Source: Flavobacteriales bacterium
GTDB lineage: Bacteria > Bacteroidota > Bacteroidia > Flavobacteriales > UBA7430
NCBI GenBank assembly: GCA_028110365.1
Contig: JAOGVT010000003.1
Span: 9,101 to 73,100, forward strand
Reading direction: 5' to 3'
DNA: 64,000 bases
Shown: positions 1 through 8,975 of the stretch, one piece after another
Position numbering within the stretch: position 1 is the stretch's first letter
How the letters are laid out: each line of letters starts with the position of its first letter
The notes under the pieces: generated by a model
Databases searched by the model: none
What the model was told of the DNA's origin: nothing
What the model saw: the letters and a program-made list of their open reading frames with translations, nothing else
Position numbers and translations under genes: made by a program

Positions 1-871
1 TAGGGGTTACATTTTTATGAGGATCTAGTTTATCTGTTGCTTCAACGCACAATAAGGTTTCCAAACTAGCAACCAATGCAATGGTAAATGCTACTACCCA
101 AACTTCTGGATTCGTAATAGCACTAAAATTAGGGAAACTAAACTGACCTATAAATGATGTTAGATCTTTAGGGATGGGAACACTCACTAAATGTGTTTCT
201 GCAATACTAAATAAACCGTTTCCTTTAGTTACTACGTAAAAAACAATCCCCACAACAACGGCTACTAAAGGACCTTGAATTATTTGAAATACTTTAGATT
301 TTTTAGTCAATACAATATCCCAAAGTAAGAGTAGGCCAAGACCAATGAATCCAATTAATGCTGATCCAGGATGTATGTAATTTAATGTTTTTAAAATCTC
401 AGAAAAAGTATTTTCGCCATCTAGCTGAAAAAAAGCAAAATTACCTTCGGGTACTGGGTCGTAACCAAAAAAGTGAGGAATTTGCTTTAAAATAATAATA
501 AGACCAATTCCTGTAAGCATCCCTTTTATAACGGATGATGGAAAATAATATCCAATAATACCTGCTTTTAATAACCCAAATATTAGTTGAATTACACCAC
601 CCAAAACTACAGCTACAAGAAAATTTTCATAACTACCAAGACTACTTATGGCAGTGAAAACAATAGCAGCTAACCCTGCTGCGGGTCCACTAACACCAAT
701 TTTAGACCCACTTAATGCGCCAACAATTATCCCACCTATTATTCCCGCAATTAAACCAGAAAAAAGAGGAGCACCACTGGCTAATGCTATACCCAAACAC
801 AGGGGCAGGGCTACAAAGAAAACAACAATACTTGCTGGTAAATCAGTTTTTAACTTGGAAAATAAACTCAT
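1..871 (-). CDS. SulP/SLC26 family anion (sulfate/bicarbonate) transporter, N-terminal part; runs off left edge
   Basis: Not in the ORF track. Manual minus-strand translation from ATG at 871: MSLFSKLKTDLPASIVVFFVALPLCLGIALASGAPLFSGLIAGIIGGIIVGALSGSKIGVSGPAAGL, the SulP N-terminal signature. Confidence 0.93.
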   Translation of the reverse strand, partial: MSLFSKLKTDLPASIVVFFVALPLCLGIALASGAPLFSGLIAGIIGGIIVGALSGSKIGVSGPAAGLAAIVFTAISSLGSYENFLVAVVLGGVIQLIFGLLKAGIIGYYFPSSVIKGMLTGIGLIIILKQIPHFFGYDPVPEGNFAFFQLDGENTFSEILKTLNYIHPGSALIGFIGLGLLLLWDIVLTKKSKVFQIIQGPLVAVVVGIVFYVVTKGNGLFSIAETHLVSVPIPKDLTSFIGQFSFPNFSAITNPEVWVVAFTIALVASLETLLCVEATDKLDPHKNVTP

Positions 872-901
872 TGTGTATAGTTTTTAATTACTTACTCTAT
901 G

Positions 902-909
902 CAAATATA
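902..909 (-). promoter_or_regulatory. Bacteroidota sigmaA -7 element (TATATTTG) for sulP
   Basis: Matches TAnnTTTG, about 30 nt upstream of the sulP ATG. Confidence 0.65.
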
Positions 910-948
910 CTAATACTTTATAATAAAATACATAAACTTCTTAAAAAG

Positions 949-961
949 ATAGTAATACTAT
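949..961. promoter_or_regulatory. Putative TetR operator palindrome ATAGTA-A-TACTAT
   Basis: Perfect 6-1-6 inverted repeat between divergent sulP and tetR; weaker copy at 906-918. Confidence 0.5.
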
Positions 962-1016
962 TATAATATAAGTTTTAATTGTTTATTTTTGGAAAATCAA
1001 AAGTAAACTACATACC

Positions 1017-1024
1017 TAATTTTG
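1017..1024 (+). promoter_or_regulatory. -7 element (TAATTTTG) for tetR
   Basis: TAnnTTTG match 16 nt before the ATG. Confidence 0.55.
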
Positions 1025-1040
1025 ACTTAACGTACTTAAA

Positions 1041-1721
1041 ATGAGTGTAGAAATTAAAATAGCTCTTAACGAGGGTTTGTACCTAAAAGAACCACAAGAC
1101 TCTAAATTAGGTAGAAAAATCATTCAATACAGTATTATTTTAATCGATGAGTTCGGCTTTGAAGCATTTACATTCAAAAAGTTAGCAGAAAAAATCAATT
1201 CAACTGAAGCTTCTATTTACCGTTATTTCGAAAATAAACATATTTTGTTAATATTTCTAGTAAACTGGTATTGGGAGTGGGTTAATTACCTCATCAAAAT
1301 AAACACCACAAATGTAGACGACCCTCATAAGAAACTAAAAATCATTATTCATTCTTTCGTTTCTGCATCTCAGGAAAACCCAACGGTTGATTATGTAAAT
1401 GAAAGTAAACTCCATAATATAGTTATTGCTGAAGGAGGAAAGGCCTACCACACGAAGGATGTTGACAATGAAAATTCCAAAGGTTTTTTTACCAGCTATA
1501 AAGAATTAGCCAATACTGTTTCACAGGTAATTATAGAAATAAGATCAGATTTTAAGTATCCTTATGCTTTAGCAACTAATTTATTCGAAATGTCAAACAA
1601 TCACATTTATTTTGCTAGGCATTTACCTCGTTTAACCGATATTACTGTTGTTAAGGATGATGTTAAGGAAGTTGAAAATATGTTGAATTATTTTGCTGAT
1701 AAATTATTGTCATCACATTAA
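1041..1721 (+). CDS. TetR/AcrR family transcriptional regulator
   Basis: N-terminal HTH GFEAFTFKKLAEKINSTEASIYRYFENK. Confidence 0.92.
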   Translation: MSVEIKIALNEGLYLKEPQDSKLGRKIIQYSIILIDEFGFEAFTFKKLAEKINSTEASIYRYFENKHILLIFLVNWYWEWVNYLIKINTTNVDDPHKKLKIIIHSFVSASQENPTVDYVNESKLHNIVIAEGGKAYHTKDVDNENSKGFFTSYKELANTVSQVIIEIRSDFKYPYALATNLFEMSNNHIYFARHLPRLTDITVVKDDVKEVENMLNYFADKLLSSH

Positions 1722-1723
1722 AT

Positions 1724-2956
1724 CTATTCGTACCGTAGTGCTTCTATAGGGTCTAGTTTAGAGGCTTTAATAGCTGGGTATATTCCAGATACCAATCCGA
1801 CTAAAAGACACAGTACTACTCCAGAAATTAACCAAATCCATGGAACTATAAAGGCTGTAGACATAGTGTAAGAGGTTATATTTCCAATTAAAATCCCCAA
1901 AACAATTCCTAATATTCCGCCAATCTGGCATATAACAATTGCTTCTGTTAAAAACTGTTGCCTTATGGTTTTTGAAGTAGCGCCGATTGCTTTTCTTGTC
2001 CCTATTTCCTTAGTTCTTTCTGTTACGCTTACCAACATAATATTCATTAGAGCAATGGCAGCTCCAAGTAAAGTTATGAAACCAATTAAGGTTGCAGCGC
2101 TTGTCACGTATTTCAAATTATCCATTAACGATTTTGCCAAACTATCGCTTTTTGTAACATCAAAATTTTGTTGTTCTTTTGGTTTTAGTCTTCTGATACT
2201 TCTAAACTTACCAATTGCGGAACCAATATTCGATTCTATTTCATAATTATTTGCAGCCATCACACTTATAGCAATAGAGTTGTTGGATGCCATATTACTT
2301 CTAAGATAGGTAATAGGTAATAGACAAATTTTATCTCCACCCATACCCATACTGGATCCTTTTTCTTTGAGTACTCCAATAACGGTAGCTCTTTTATTGT
2401 TTACGGAAATAACTTTGCCTAGCGCATTTTTTGACGAACTAAATAATTGCTCGAATATATCTTGACCAATTACTACAACATTACTGTTTAAACTAAGATC
2501 GTGGTGGTTTATATTACGTCCGTACAGTATTTCATAGCCAGCTACTTTTAAGTAATTTTCATCAATTCCCAAAACCTGAATATTGGGATTACTTTTATTA
2601 GATTGATGCTTTACACTAGCCGTTCCAGATGCTCTATAGGATATAGATGTTAAAGCAACCGGGTTATATGTATCCTTGAATTTTAGTGCTTCTTTGTACT
2701 CAATTTTTGGATTTGTAGTTTTACGATCTCTTCTTGACCTTGATCTTCTTGCTTGATCTTGAAGGGTGAATGTATTAGCACCCATCATTGCAAAATTATC
2801 ATTCAGTGCATTGTCTATAGAATCAATTGCTGTTAATATTCCTACTAGTGATGCTATACCTATGGCAATAATAGACACTGTAATACTTGTACGCATTAAA
2901 TGTCCTTTAATTGACTGTAATGCAATTTTAATATTTTCTAGGAATTGTTTATTCAT
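1724..2956 (-). CDS. ABC transporter permease, MacB/FtsX family
   Basis: N-terminal TM, periplasmic domain, MNIMLVSVTERTKEIGTRKAIGA motif, C-terminal DPIEALRYE. Confidence 0.93.
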   Translation of the reverse strand: MNKQFLENIKIALQSIKGHLMRTSITVSIIAIGIASLVGILTAIDSIDNALNDNFAMMGANTFTLQDQARRSRSRRDRKTTNPKIEYKEALKFKDTYNPVALTSISYRASGTASVKHQSNKSNPNIQVLGIDENYLKVAGYEILYGRNINHHDLSLNSNVVVIGQDIFEQLFSSSKNALGKVISVNNKRATVIGVLKEKGSSMGMGGDKICLLPITYLRSNMASNNSIAISVMAANNYEIESNIGSAIGKFRSIRRLKPKEQQNFDVTKSDSLAKSLMDNLKYVTSAATLIGFITLLGAAIALMNIMLVSVTERTKEIGTRKAIGATSKTIRQQFLTEAIVICQIGGILGIVLGILIGNITSYTMSTAFIVPWIWLISGVVLCLLVGLVSGIYPAIKASKLDPIEALRYE

Positions 2957-2963
2957 ATTTTCT

Positions 2964-2999
2964 AGTTATGAAGGCAGCTAGAAAGCTGCCTTCATAACT
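2964..2999. repeat. Perfect 16-bp hairpin without U-tract
   Basis: AGTTATGAAGGCAGCT-AGAA-AGCTGCCTTCATAACT. Confidence 0.85.
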
Positions 3000-3001
3000 T
3001 A

Positions 3002-5014
3002 TTAATTATAATCTGGTAAGAAACTGTATCGTTTAGCGTACTCCAACATTTGGCTTGTAAAGTCTGCTGCATAGGTAATGTCAAAGGAAGTAATATCTCC
3101 TGCATCGTTTGTCACAGGGACTAATTTTGGATTTATAAAACCACCGTAAGGAGGGATGTCTAATTTTTCAACCCTTGCCAAAACTTCTTTATGGATTTCT
3201 TTATCAACTTTTACTCCATATCCTTCAACTAGAGCTTGACATGCGTCATAATCTCCTTCTGATTTAATTCTTTGTACTTCTTTTAAAAGATCACCAAAAA
3301 TAGACTGTAATTTTTTGTAATCGTTTATTTCAAAGTAGGTTTTGCCTTCTTTTGTAACTTTCGAAATCACATCTTCTTCCAGACCTTTTTCGAATGACCA
3401 TGCAGAGACCCATTGTCTATTTCTCATATGAGATTCTTCAATATCGGCACCAGGCTCAAGTCTTTGCATTTGAGCCATTAATCCGTTACGAATATAGGAG
3501 TCGTATTCTGCTTTACCTGTTTCAAGACTTTCCATTAAACCCAATTCAATTAATTTCTCATCCAGTAAGAAGTATAATGCAACTAAATCAGCTCTTCCTT
3601 CTTCCAGAGTAGACGCGTAACTTTTAACCGTTTCTTTTGGCGTTCCTACGCCAGGATTTAATTGCCCTGATGCATGACCCAAAACTTCATGTAAAGCAGT
3701 ATGAAGTTTACCCGCAAGTTTAGCGTGTTCTTTAGCACGTTTGATTTCTTCTTCATCATGACAAAATTCTTCTAACATTCCTTTTCCTCCGGCTTGAGCA
3801 TAGGCGTAAACAATGTTACCTAAGCTAACAGATTTTGAACCGTGAGTAGCTCTTATCCAATTTGCATTAGGTAAATTTACTCCAATAGGAGTAGAGGGAG
3901 AAGAGTCTCCAGCCTCAGAAGCAACAGAAACAACTTTATACGAAACACCTTTGATGTTTTTCTTCTTGTGTTCTTCATTGATAGATGAATTGTCTTCAAA
4001 CCATTGTGCATTGTCAGAAAGTACTTTCATTTGAGCAGATGCCTCAAAATCTGTAATCTCTACAATAGACTCAAATGATCCGGTGTATCCTTTAGGGTCG
4101 TTGTATACTTCTATAAATGAATTGATGTAATCGATATCACCCTCTGTAGCAGCTACCCATGCAATATTGTAGTCATCCCAGGTTTTTAAATCACCCGTTG
4201 TATAATAGTCAACAAGGAGTTTTAATGCATCAGCTTGTGCTTGGTTTTCAGCAACAGTAATAGCTTTTTCTAACCAATAAATTATTTTTGCGATTGCATC
4301 ACCGTACATTCCGTTAAGTTTGTATACTTGTTCTTCAAGTCCCTGTTCACCTCTTATTAGTTTAGAATTTAAACCATAGGATATTGGTGTATTTGTGGTG
4401 GTATCTTTTATTGAATTAAAGTACTCATCAACCTCACTTTCATTTATATCCGCGGCGTAAAAATTTACTGCAGAACCTAATACGAGCCCTTTTGAAGGGT
4501 CTAAGTTTACTTTCTTACTATCAAAATCCGGATTAAAAATGGCTTTTAAGGCTTCTTCGTTAAGGGTTCCTCCTGTACTGCTTAAAAGTTGCATAAAGTA
4601 TTCTTTTGTAAACTCAGGGATAAATTTAGCCATAGAGTAGTGGTGGTGAATACCATTTGCAAACCACACTCGTTTGGTGTACGTTATAAAATTAGTCCAG
4701 TTCTCAGAAGTTTTGTCACCATCGAATTTTAATACAATATTTTCTAAAGCTCTGCGAATTGATAAATTATGTCGGTAATTCTGATCCCAAATAATATCTC
4801 TTCCTGCATAGCCAGCTTCACCTAAAAAATAGACCAACTTTTGCTGTTTCAAATTTAATTTATCAAATCCAGGGATTTGATATTTTAATATTTTCAGGTC
4901 TGCAAATGTTTCAGATTGAAATGAGAATTCTTTCGTTTCTTCGTTTTGTTTTTCTGTAGAGCATGATGCAAGAATAATAGCAAAAATGAAACTCAGCTTT
5001 TGTAAATTTTTCAT
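3002..5014 (-). CDS. Dipeptidyl-peptidase III (M49), lipoprotein
   Basis: HEXXGH (HEVLGH) and EEXRAD (EEGRAD) zinc motifs; lipobox LASC. Confidence 0.92.
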   Translation of the reverse strand: MKNLQKLSFIFAIILASCSTEKQNEETKEFSFQSETFADLKILKYQIPGFDKLNLKQQKLVYFLGEAGYAGRDIIWDQNYRHNLSIRRALENIVLKFDGDKTSENWTNFITYTKRVWFANGIHHHYSMAKFIPEFTKEYFMQLLSSTGGTLNEEALKAIFNPDFDSKKVNLDPSKGLVLGSAVNFYAADINESEVDEYFNSIKDTTTNTPISYGLNSKLIRGEQGLEEQVYKLNGMYGDAIAKIIYWLEKAITVAENQAQADALKLLVDYYTTGDLKTWDDYNIAWVAATEGDIDYINSFIEVYNDPKGYTGSFESIVEITDFEASAQMKVLSDNAQWFEDNSSINEEHKKKNIKGVSYKVVSVASEAGDSSPSTPIGVNLPNANWIRATHGSKSVSLGNIVYAYAQAGGKGMLEEFCHDEEEIKRAKEHAKLAGKLHTALHEVLGHASGQLNPGVGTPKETVKSYASTLEEGRADLVALYFLLDEKLIELGLMESLETGKAEYDSYIRNGLMAQMQRLEPGADIEESHMRNRQWVSAWSFEKGLEEDVISKVTKEGKTYFEINDYKKLQSIFGDLLKEVQRIKSEGDYDACQALVEGYGVKVDKEIHKEVLARVEKLDIPPYGGFINPKLVPVTNDAGDITSFDITYAADFTSQMLEYAKRYSFLPDYN

Positions 5015-5098
5015 GTTATTGTTTGATTATTTGAATTCAAAAATACGGAATAATTTTTCTTTCTTATTTAATGGGTTGTTTTGCACTAAAATGAGATT

Positions 5099-5129
5099 AA
5101 AAAAAACGCTCTCCATTAAAGAGAACGTC
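5099..5129 (-). terminator. Intrinsic terminator of the serC-HAD-serA operon
   Basis: Minus strand ACGTTCTCT/GGAGAGCGT stem followed by a T-run. Confidence 0.75.
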
Positions 5130-5135
5130 TGTATT

Positions 5136-6089
5136 TTATTGTAGTAGCTTTTCTATTTGATCAGCAAGTTCAGTTCCAATTCTGTCTTGGGCTTCTAATG
5201 TTGCAGCTCCAATGTGAGGACTCATAGATATTTGATGAGACATAAGAACTTTCATGCTTGGGGTAGGTTCGTTTACAAACACATCAAGCCCAGCAAATTT
5301 CACTTTACCACTTTCTAAAGCATCTAATAGATCTAATTCGTCGATAACTCCGCCTCTTGCAGCGTTTATAAGCCCTACATTGTCTTTCATCATTTCAATT
5401 TCCTTTTTAGTAATCAAAGGTTCTCCTTGAAACGGAACGTGAACGGTAATAAAATCAGCATTTTTATAAACTTCTTTCAGGTCAATTGTTTTAATGTTAA
5501 AAGATACTTTTTGTCCATCGTAAAAGTCAAGATCAATTTTAGCAGCTTCGCAAAATGGATCGTGAGCCAATACTTCCATTCCTTGCCCTAATGCAATCTT
5601 TGCTACCTCTCTTCCGATGCGCCCAAAACCTATAATCCCAATTTTTTTACCTCTTAACTCAATTCCAGCTCCGTAGCTTTTCTTTAGTTCTTTGAAACGT
5701 GTATCTCCTTCTAGCGGCATATTTCGGTTGGCGTCAAATAAGAAACGAACCATTCCAAACAGATGTGCAAACACAAGCTCAGCTACAGATGCAGAACTGG
5801 CTGCTGGCGTATTGATTACATGCAATCCTTTTTCTCTTGCGTATTCAACATCTATATTATCCATTCCTACACCACCTCTCCCGATTAACTTCAAACTAGC
5901 GCAATTGTCTATTAGGTCTTTACGAACGGTAGTTGCAGAGCGAACTAATATGCCTGTTACTTTATTTTCGTTTATAAAGTCGATTAAACGCTCTTGAGCC
6001 ACCTTGTCTGTAATAACTTCAAATCCTGCACTTTCTAAAGCAATTATTCCGCTTTTTGCAATTCCATCGTTTGCTAATATTTTCATCAT
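5136..6089 (-). CDS. serA: D-3-phosphoglycerate dehydrogenase, short form without ACT domain
   Basis: GRGGVGMDNID, GIIGFGRIG, INAARGGVIDE, PHIGAATLEAQ; in operon with serC. Confidence 0.9.
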   Translation of the reverse strand: MMKILANDGIAKSGIIALESAGFEVITDKVAQERLIDFINENKVTGILVRSATTVRKDLIDNCASLKLIGRGGVGMDNIDVEYAREKGLHVINTPAASSASVAELVFAHLFGMVRFLFDANRNMPLEGDTRFKELKKSYGAGIELRGKKIGIIGFGRIGREVAKIALGQGMEVLAHDPFCEAAKIDLDFYDGQKVSFNIKTIDLKEVYKNADFITVHVPFQGEPLITKKEIEMMKDNVGLINAARGGVIDELDLLDALESGKVKFAGLDVFVNEPTPSMKVLMSHQISMSPHIGAATLEAQDRIGTELADQIEKLLQ

Positions 6090-6524
6090 TTACTTTTCTA
6101 TGTCGTTTTCAAATACTTCTATCATACTGGATTTTTTTACTAGGGGAGTCCACTTGGTTTTAAATCGAGTAGCTCTAACAATATGATTGTCTATCCAATG
6201 GTAATTTCCTCCTCTAGGTTTGTTCATCAGTAAATTATGAAATTTAAACTGATGTTTATTTAACCACGTTAAAGTAACCTCTCTTGTATCTTCTGTTCTT
6301 GAAGTGAAAAAGGTGATAATATGACCTTGATCATACCAATCATTAAGCATTACTCTCGCATCAAGCCATGGTTCGCAAGTAACCATTCTTTCTGGCTCTT
6401 CATTGGGTACATCTTCTGTAATAGTACCATCAATATCAATTAAATAATTTTTAACATCATCATTTAACTGCGGGCTTATGGCATTGCCCTCTTTGTCTAA
6501 AAGTTGTTTAAGTTTGTAAGACAT
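6090..6524 (-). CDS. Small HAD-superfamily phosphatase with minimal cap (LNS2-like); candidate phosphoserine phosphatase
   Basis: Motif I DIDGT, motif II FFTSR, motif III K (NKP), motif IV IDN; abuts serC and serA. Confidence 0.8.
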   Translation of the reverse strand: MSYKLKQLLDKEGNAISPQLNDDVKNYLIDIDGTITEDVPNEEPERMVTCEPWLDARVMLNDWYDQGHIITFFTSRTEDTREVTLTWLNKHQFKFHNLLMNKPRGGNYHWIDNHIVRATRFKTKWTPLVKKSSMIEVFENDIEK

Positions 6525-6525
6525 G

Positions 6526-7590
6526 CTAAGCTAATTTTTGCATTATATTAACTAATACTTGAACACTTTTAAGTGGAAGCGCATTGTAAATTGAGGCTCT
6601 GTAGCCACCAACGGATCTATGTCCTTTGAGACCATTAATTCCTGCATCGTTCCATAGTTTATCAAAAGCACTTTGTTTGCTTTCATCGGTTAAAACGAAA
6701 GTTACATTCATTTTTGAACGATCTTCTATTGCTGCGACTCCTCTAAAGTTTGGGTTAGTATCTATTTCATTATACAACAAAGCTGCCTTAGCATTATTTT
6801 GTTCTTCAACCCATTCAATTCCTCCATTTTTCTTTAACCATTCCAGCGTTAACATGGAAACGTAAATAGGAAATACAGGGGGTGTATTAAACATTGATTC
6901 CTTAGCAATGTGCGTAGAGTAGTCTAACATTGTAGGAATTGATCTTCCTGTTTTATTTAAAATTTCATCTTTCACAATCACTAAAGTGGCACCAGCAGGC
7001 CCCATATTTTTTTGAGCTCCAGCGTAAATCAAATCAAACTTAGAAGTATCTATTTTACGTGAAAAAATATCAGATGACATATCACACACCAATAGGGTGT
7101 TTCCAGATACCTTTGGGAATTCCTGATATTGAGTTCCGAATATAGTATTGTTAGAGGTGAAGTGTAAATAATCGAAACCTGTACCAACAACGTAATCTTT
7201 TGGTATATAGGAATAGTTTTTATCTTTAGAAGAGGCTAATACGTCAACCTCACCAAATTTCTTAGCTTCTTTAATTGCTTTATCTGACCAAGTTCCAGTA
7301 TTCAAATAGGCAGCTTTTCCATTCGTTTTTAACAGGTTCATAGCACTCATTAGAAATTGAGTACTTGCACCACCTTGTAAAAACAATACTGAATATCCTA
7401 CAGGCACTTCAAGTAATTCTTTTACTAATGCCACAGCATTGTCCATAACTGCAACAAAGTCTTTACTTCGGTGAGATATTTCAATTAAGGAAAGATTCAA
7501 ATTATTGAAATTTAAAACAGCTTCTGAAGCTGTTTTAAGTACTTCTTGAGGCAGGATACAAGGACCTGCACTAAAATTGTGTTTCTCCAT
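6526..7590 (-). CDS. serC: Phosphoserine aminotransferase
   Basis: HNFSAGP, GGASTQF, YAGAQKNMGPAG, GHRSVGGYRASIYN. Confidence 0.97.
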   Translation of the reverse strand: MEKHNFSAGPCILPQEVLKTASEAVLNFNNLNLSLIEISHRSKDFVAVMDNAVALVKELLEVPVGYSVLFLQGGASTQFLMSAMNLLKTNGKAAYLNTGTWSDKAIKEAKKFGEVDVLASSKDKNYSYIPKDYVVGTGFDYLHFTSNNTIFGTQYQEFPKVSGNTLLVCDMSSDIFSRKIDTSKFDLIYAGAQKNMGPAGATLVIVKDEILNKTGRSIPTMLDYSTHIAKESMFNTPPVFPIYVSMLTLEWLKKNGGIEWVEEQNNAKAALLYNEIDTNPNFRGVAAIEDRSKMNVTFVLTDESKQSAFDKLWNDAGINGLKGHRSVGGYRASIYNALPLKSVQVLVNIMQKLA

Positions 7591-7765
7591 CTAGAGTATG
7601 AATGATTAATTGCTATAAATACAATTAACAAATTTCGTTATTTTTATATTAGTTAGCTAAAATTTAGTAGACTTTTATTGGCAATATCTATTAAATTAAT
7701 TTTATTGATTGGTTGTTGCAATTAATTTAAAAGTTAATCTTAATATTTGAGCTATTATTTACTTG

Positions 7766-7773
7766 TATATTTG
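7766..7773 (+). promoter_or_regulatory. -7 element (TATATTTG) for the rlmL-like/priA operon
   Basis: TAnnTTTG match upstream of the start. Confidence 0.6.
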
Positions 7774-7796
7774 CTTAAATTAAATGGTTAAAAGGT

Positions 7797-8975
7797 ATGC
7801 CAAAACTAAAAGCTGCTAACAACAGCAATTTCGAAATGATTGCCAAAACTTATCACGGTTTGGAAGATGTACTTGCTAAAGAACTTCTTCAATTGGGAGC
7901 ACAAGATATTAAAACCTTAAGAAGAGCAGTTAAGTTTAAAGGGGATATTGGCTTTATGTACAAAGCGAATTTATCGCTGCGCACAGCGGTTCGTATAATT
8001 AAGCCCATAAAAACGTTTAAAGTTTCAAACGAAACAGAATTTTACGATTCTATTCGCACTATAGATTGGAGTCAATACATGACAATTGATGACAAATTTG
8101 CTGTTGATGCATTTGTTAATTCCACCTATTTTAACCACTCTTTATACATAGCATTAAAAACAAAAGATGCTATTGTTGATCAATTTAGAGACAATTGCGG
8201 CATGCGACCTGATGTAGATTTAGACCATCCAAATCTTAGAATCAACATACATATAAACGAAGATCTTTGCACCGTTTCTTTGGACAGTTCAGGTAAATCT
8301 CTACACAAAAGAGGGTACCGGCTAGAAACAAATGAAGCACCAATTTCTGAAGCCTTGGCAGCAGGATTAATTTTAGTAAGTGGTTGGGATAAAAAGTCGC
8401 ATTTTGTTGATGGTATGTGTGGATCAGGTACTTTTTTAGTTGAGGCCGCGATGATTGCCGCTAACATACCAGCTAATATTAATAGAGCTCATTTTGCCTT
8501 TGAGGACTGGCCAGATTTTGACCAAAATCTTTGGGAACTAATCAAAGAAAGTCAACTCAAAAAGTTGAAAGATTGTTACGGGAAAATTATCGGATATGAT
8601 ATAGACCCTCAAACATTAGCCTCTGCAAAAATTAATATACAAAATGCAGGATTAGAAGATTATATTGAATTAAAATGTGAAAACTTTTTTGATACGGTTA
8701 AACCTGAAGGTCCTACGCATCTCGTTTTCAATCCACCTTATGGGGTTAGGCTTCAAGCTGACATTCCTCAAATGTATCAAAGTATTGGAGACACATTAAA
8801 GAAAAATTATTCTGGAGCCGAAGCTTGGTTTTTGACTTCGCACATGGAGGGCTTAAAACACGTTGGTTTAAGAGCCTCTAGAAAAATTGAAATTTTTCAG
8901 GCAAAATTAGAATGTAGATTCGTGAAATACGAAATGTACATGGGTACCAAGAAAGTGAAATCAACTAAAGATTGA
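7797..8975 (+). CDS. rlmL: THUMP-domain 23S rRNA m2G methyltransferase (RlmL-like)
   Basis: SLDSSGKSLHKRGYR, APISEALAAG, DGMCGSGT, NPPYG. Confidence 0.82.
   Translation: MPKLKAANNSNFEMIAKTYHGLEDVLAKELLQLGAQDIKTLRRAVKFKGDIGFMYKANLSLRTAVRIIKPIKTFKVSNETEFYDSIRTIDWSQYMTIDDKFAVDAFVNSTYFNHSLYIALKTKDAIVDQFRDNCGMRPDVDLDHPNLRINIHINEDLCTVSLDSSGKSLHKRGYRLETNEAPISEALAAGLILVSGWDKKSHFVDGMCGSGTFLVEAAMIAANIPANINRAHFAFEDWPDFDQNLWELIKESQLKKLKDCYGKIIGYDIDPQTLASAKINIQNAGLEDYIELKCENFFDTVKPEGPTHLVFNPPYGVRLQADIPQMYQSIGDTLKKNYSGAEAWFLTSHMEGLKHVGLRASRKIEIFQAKLECRFVKYEMYMGTKKVKSTKD

Noticed and set aside
648-966. Plus-strand ORFs 648..887 and 715..966
   Set aside because: Antisense shadows of the real minus-strand sulP gene
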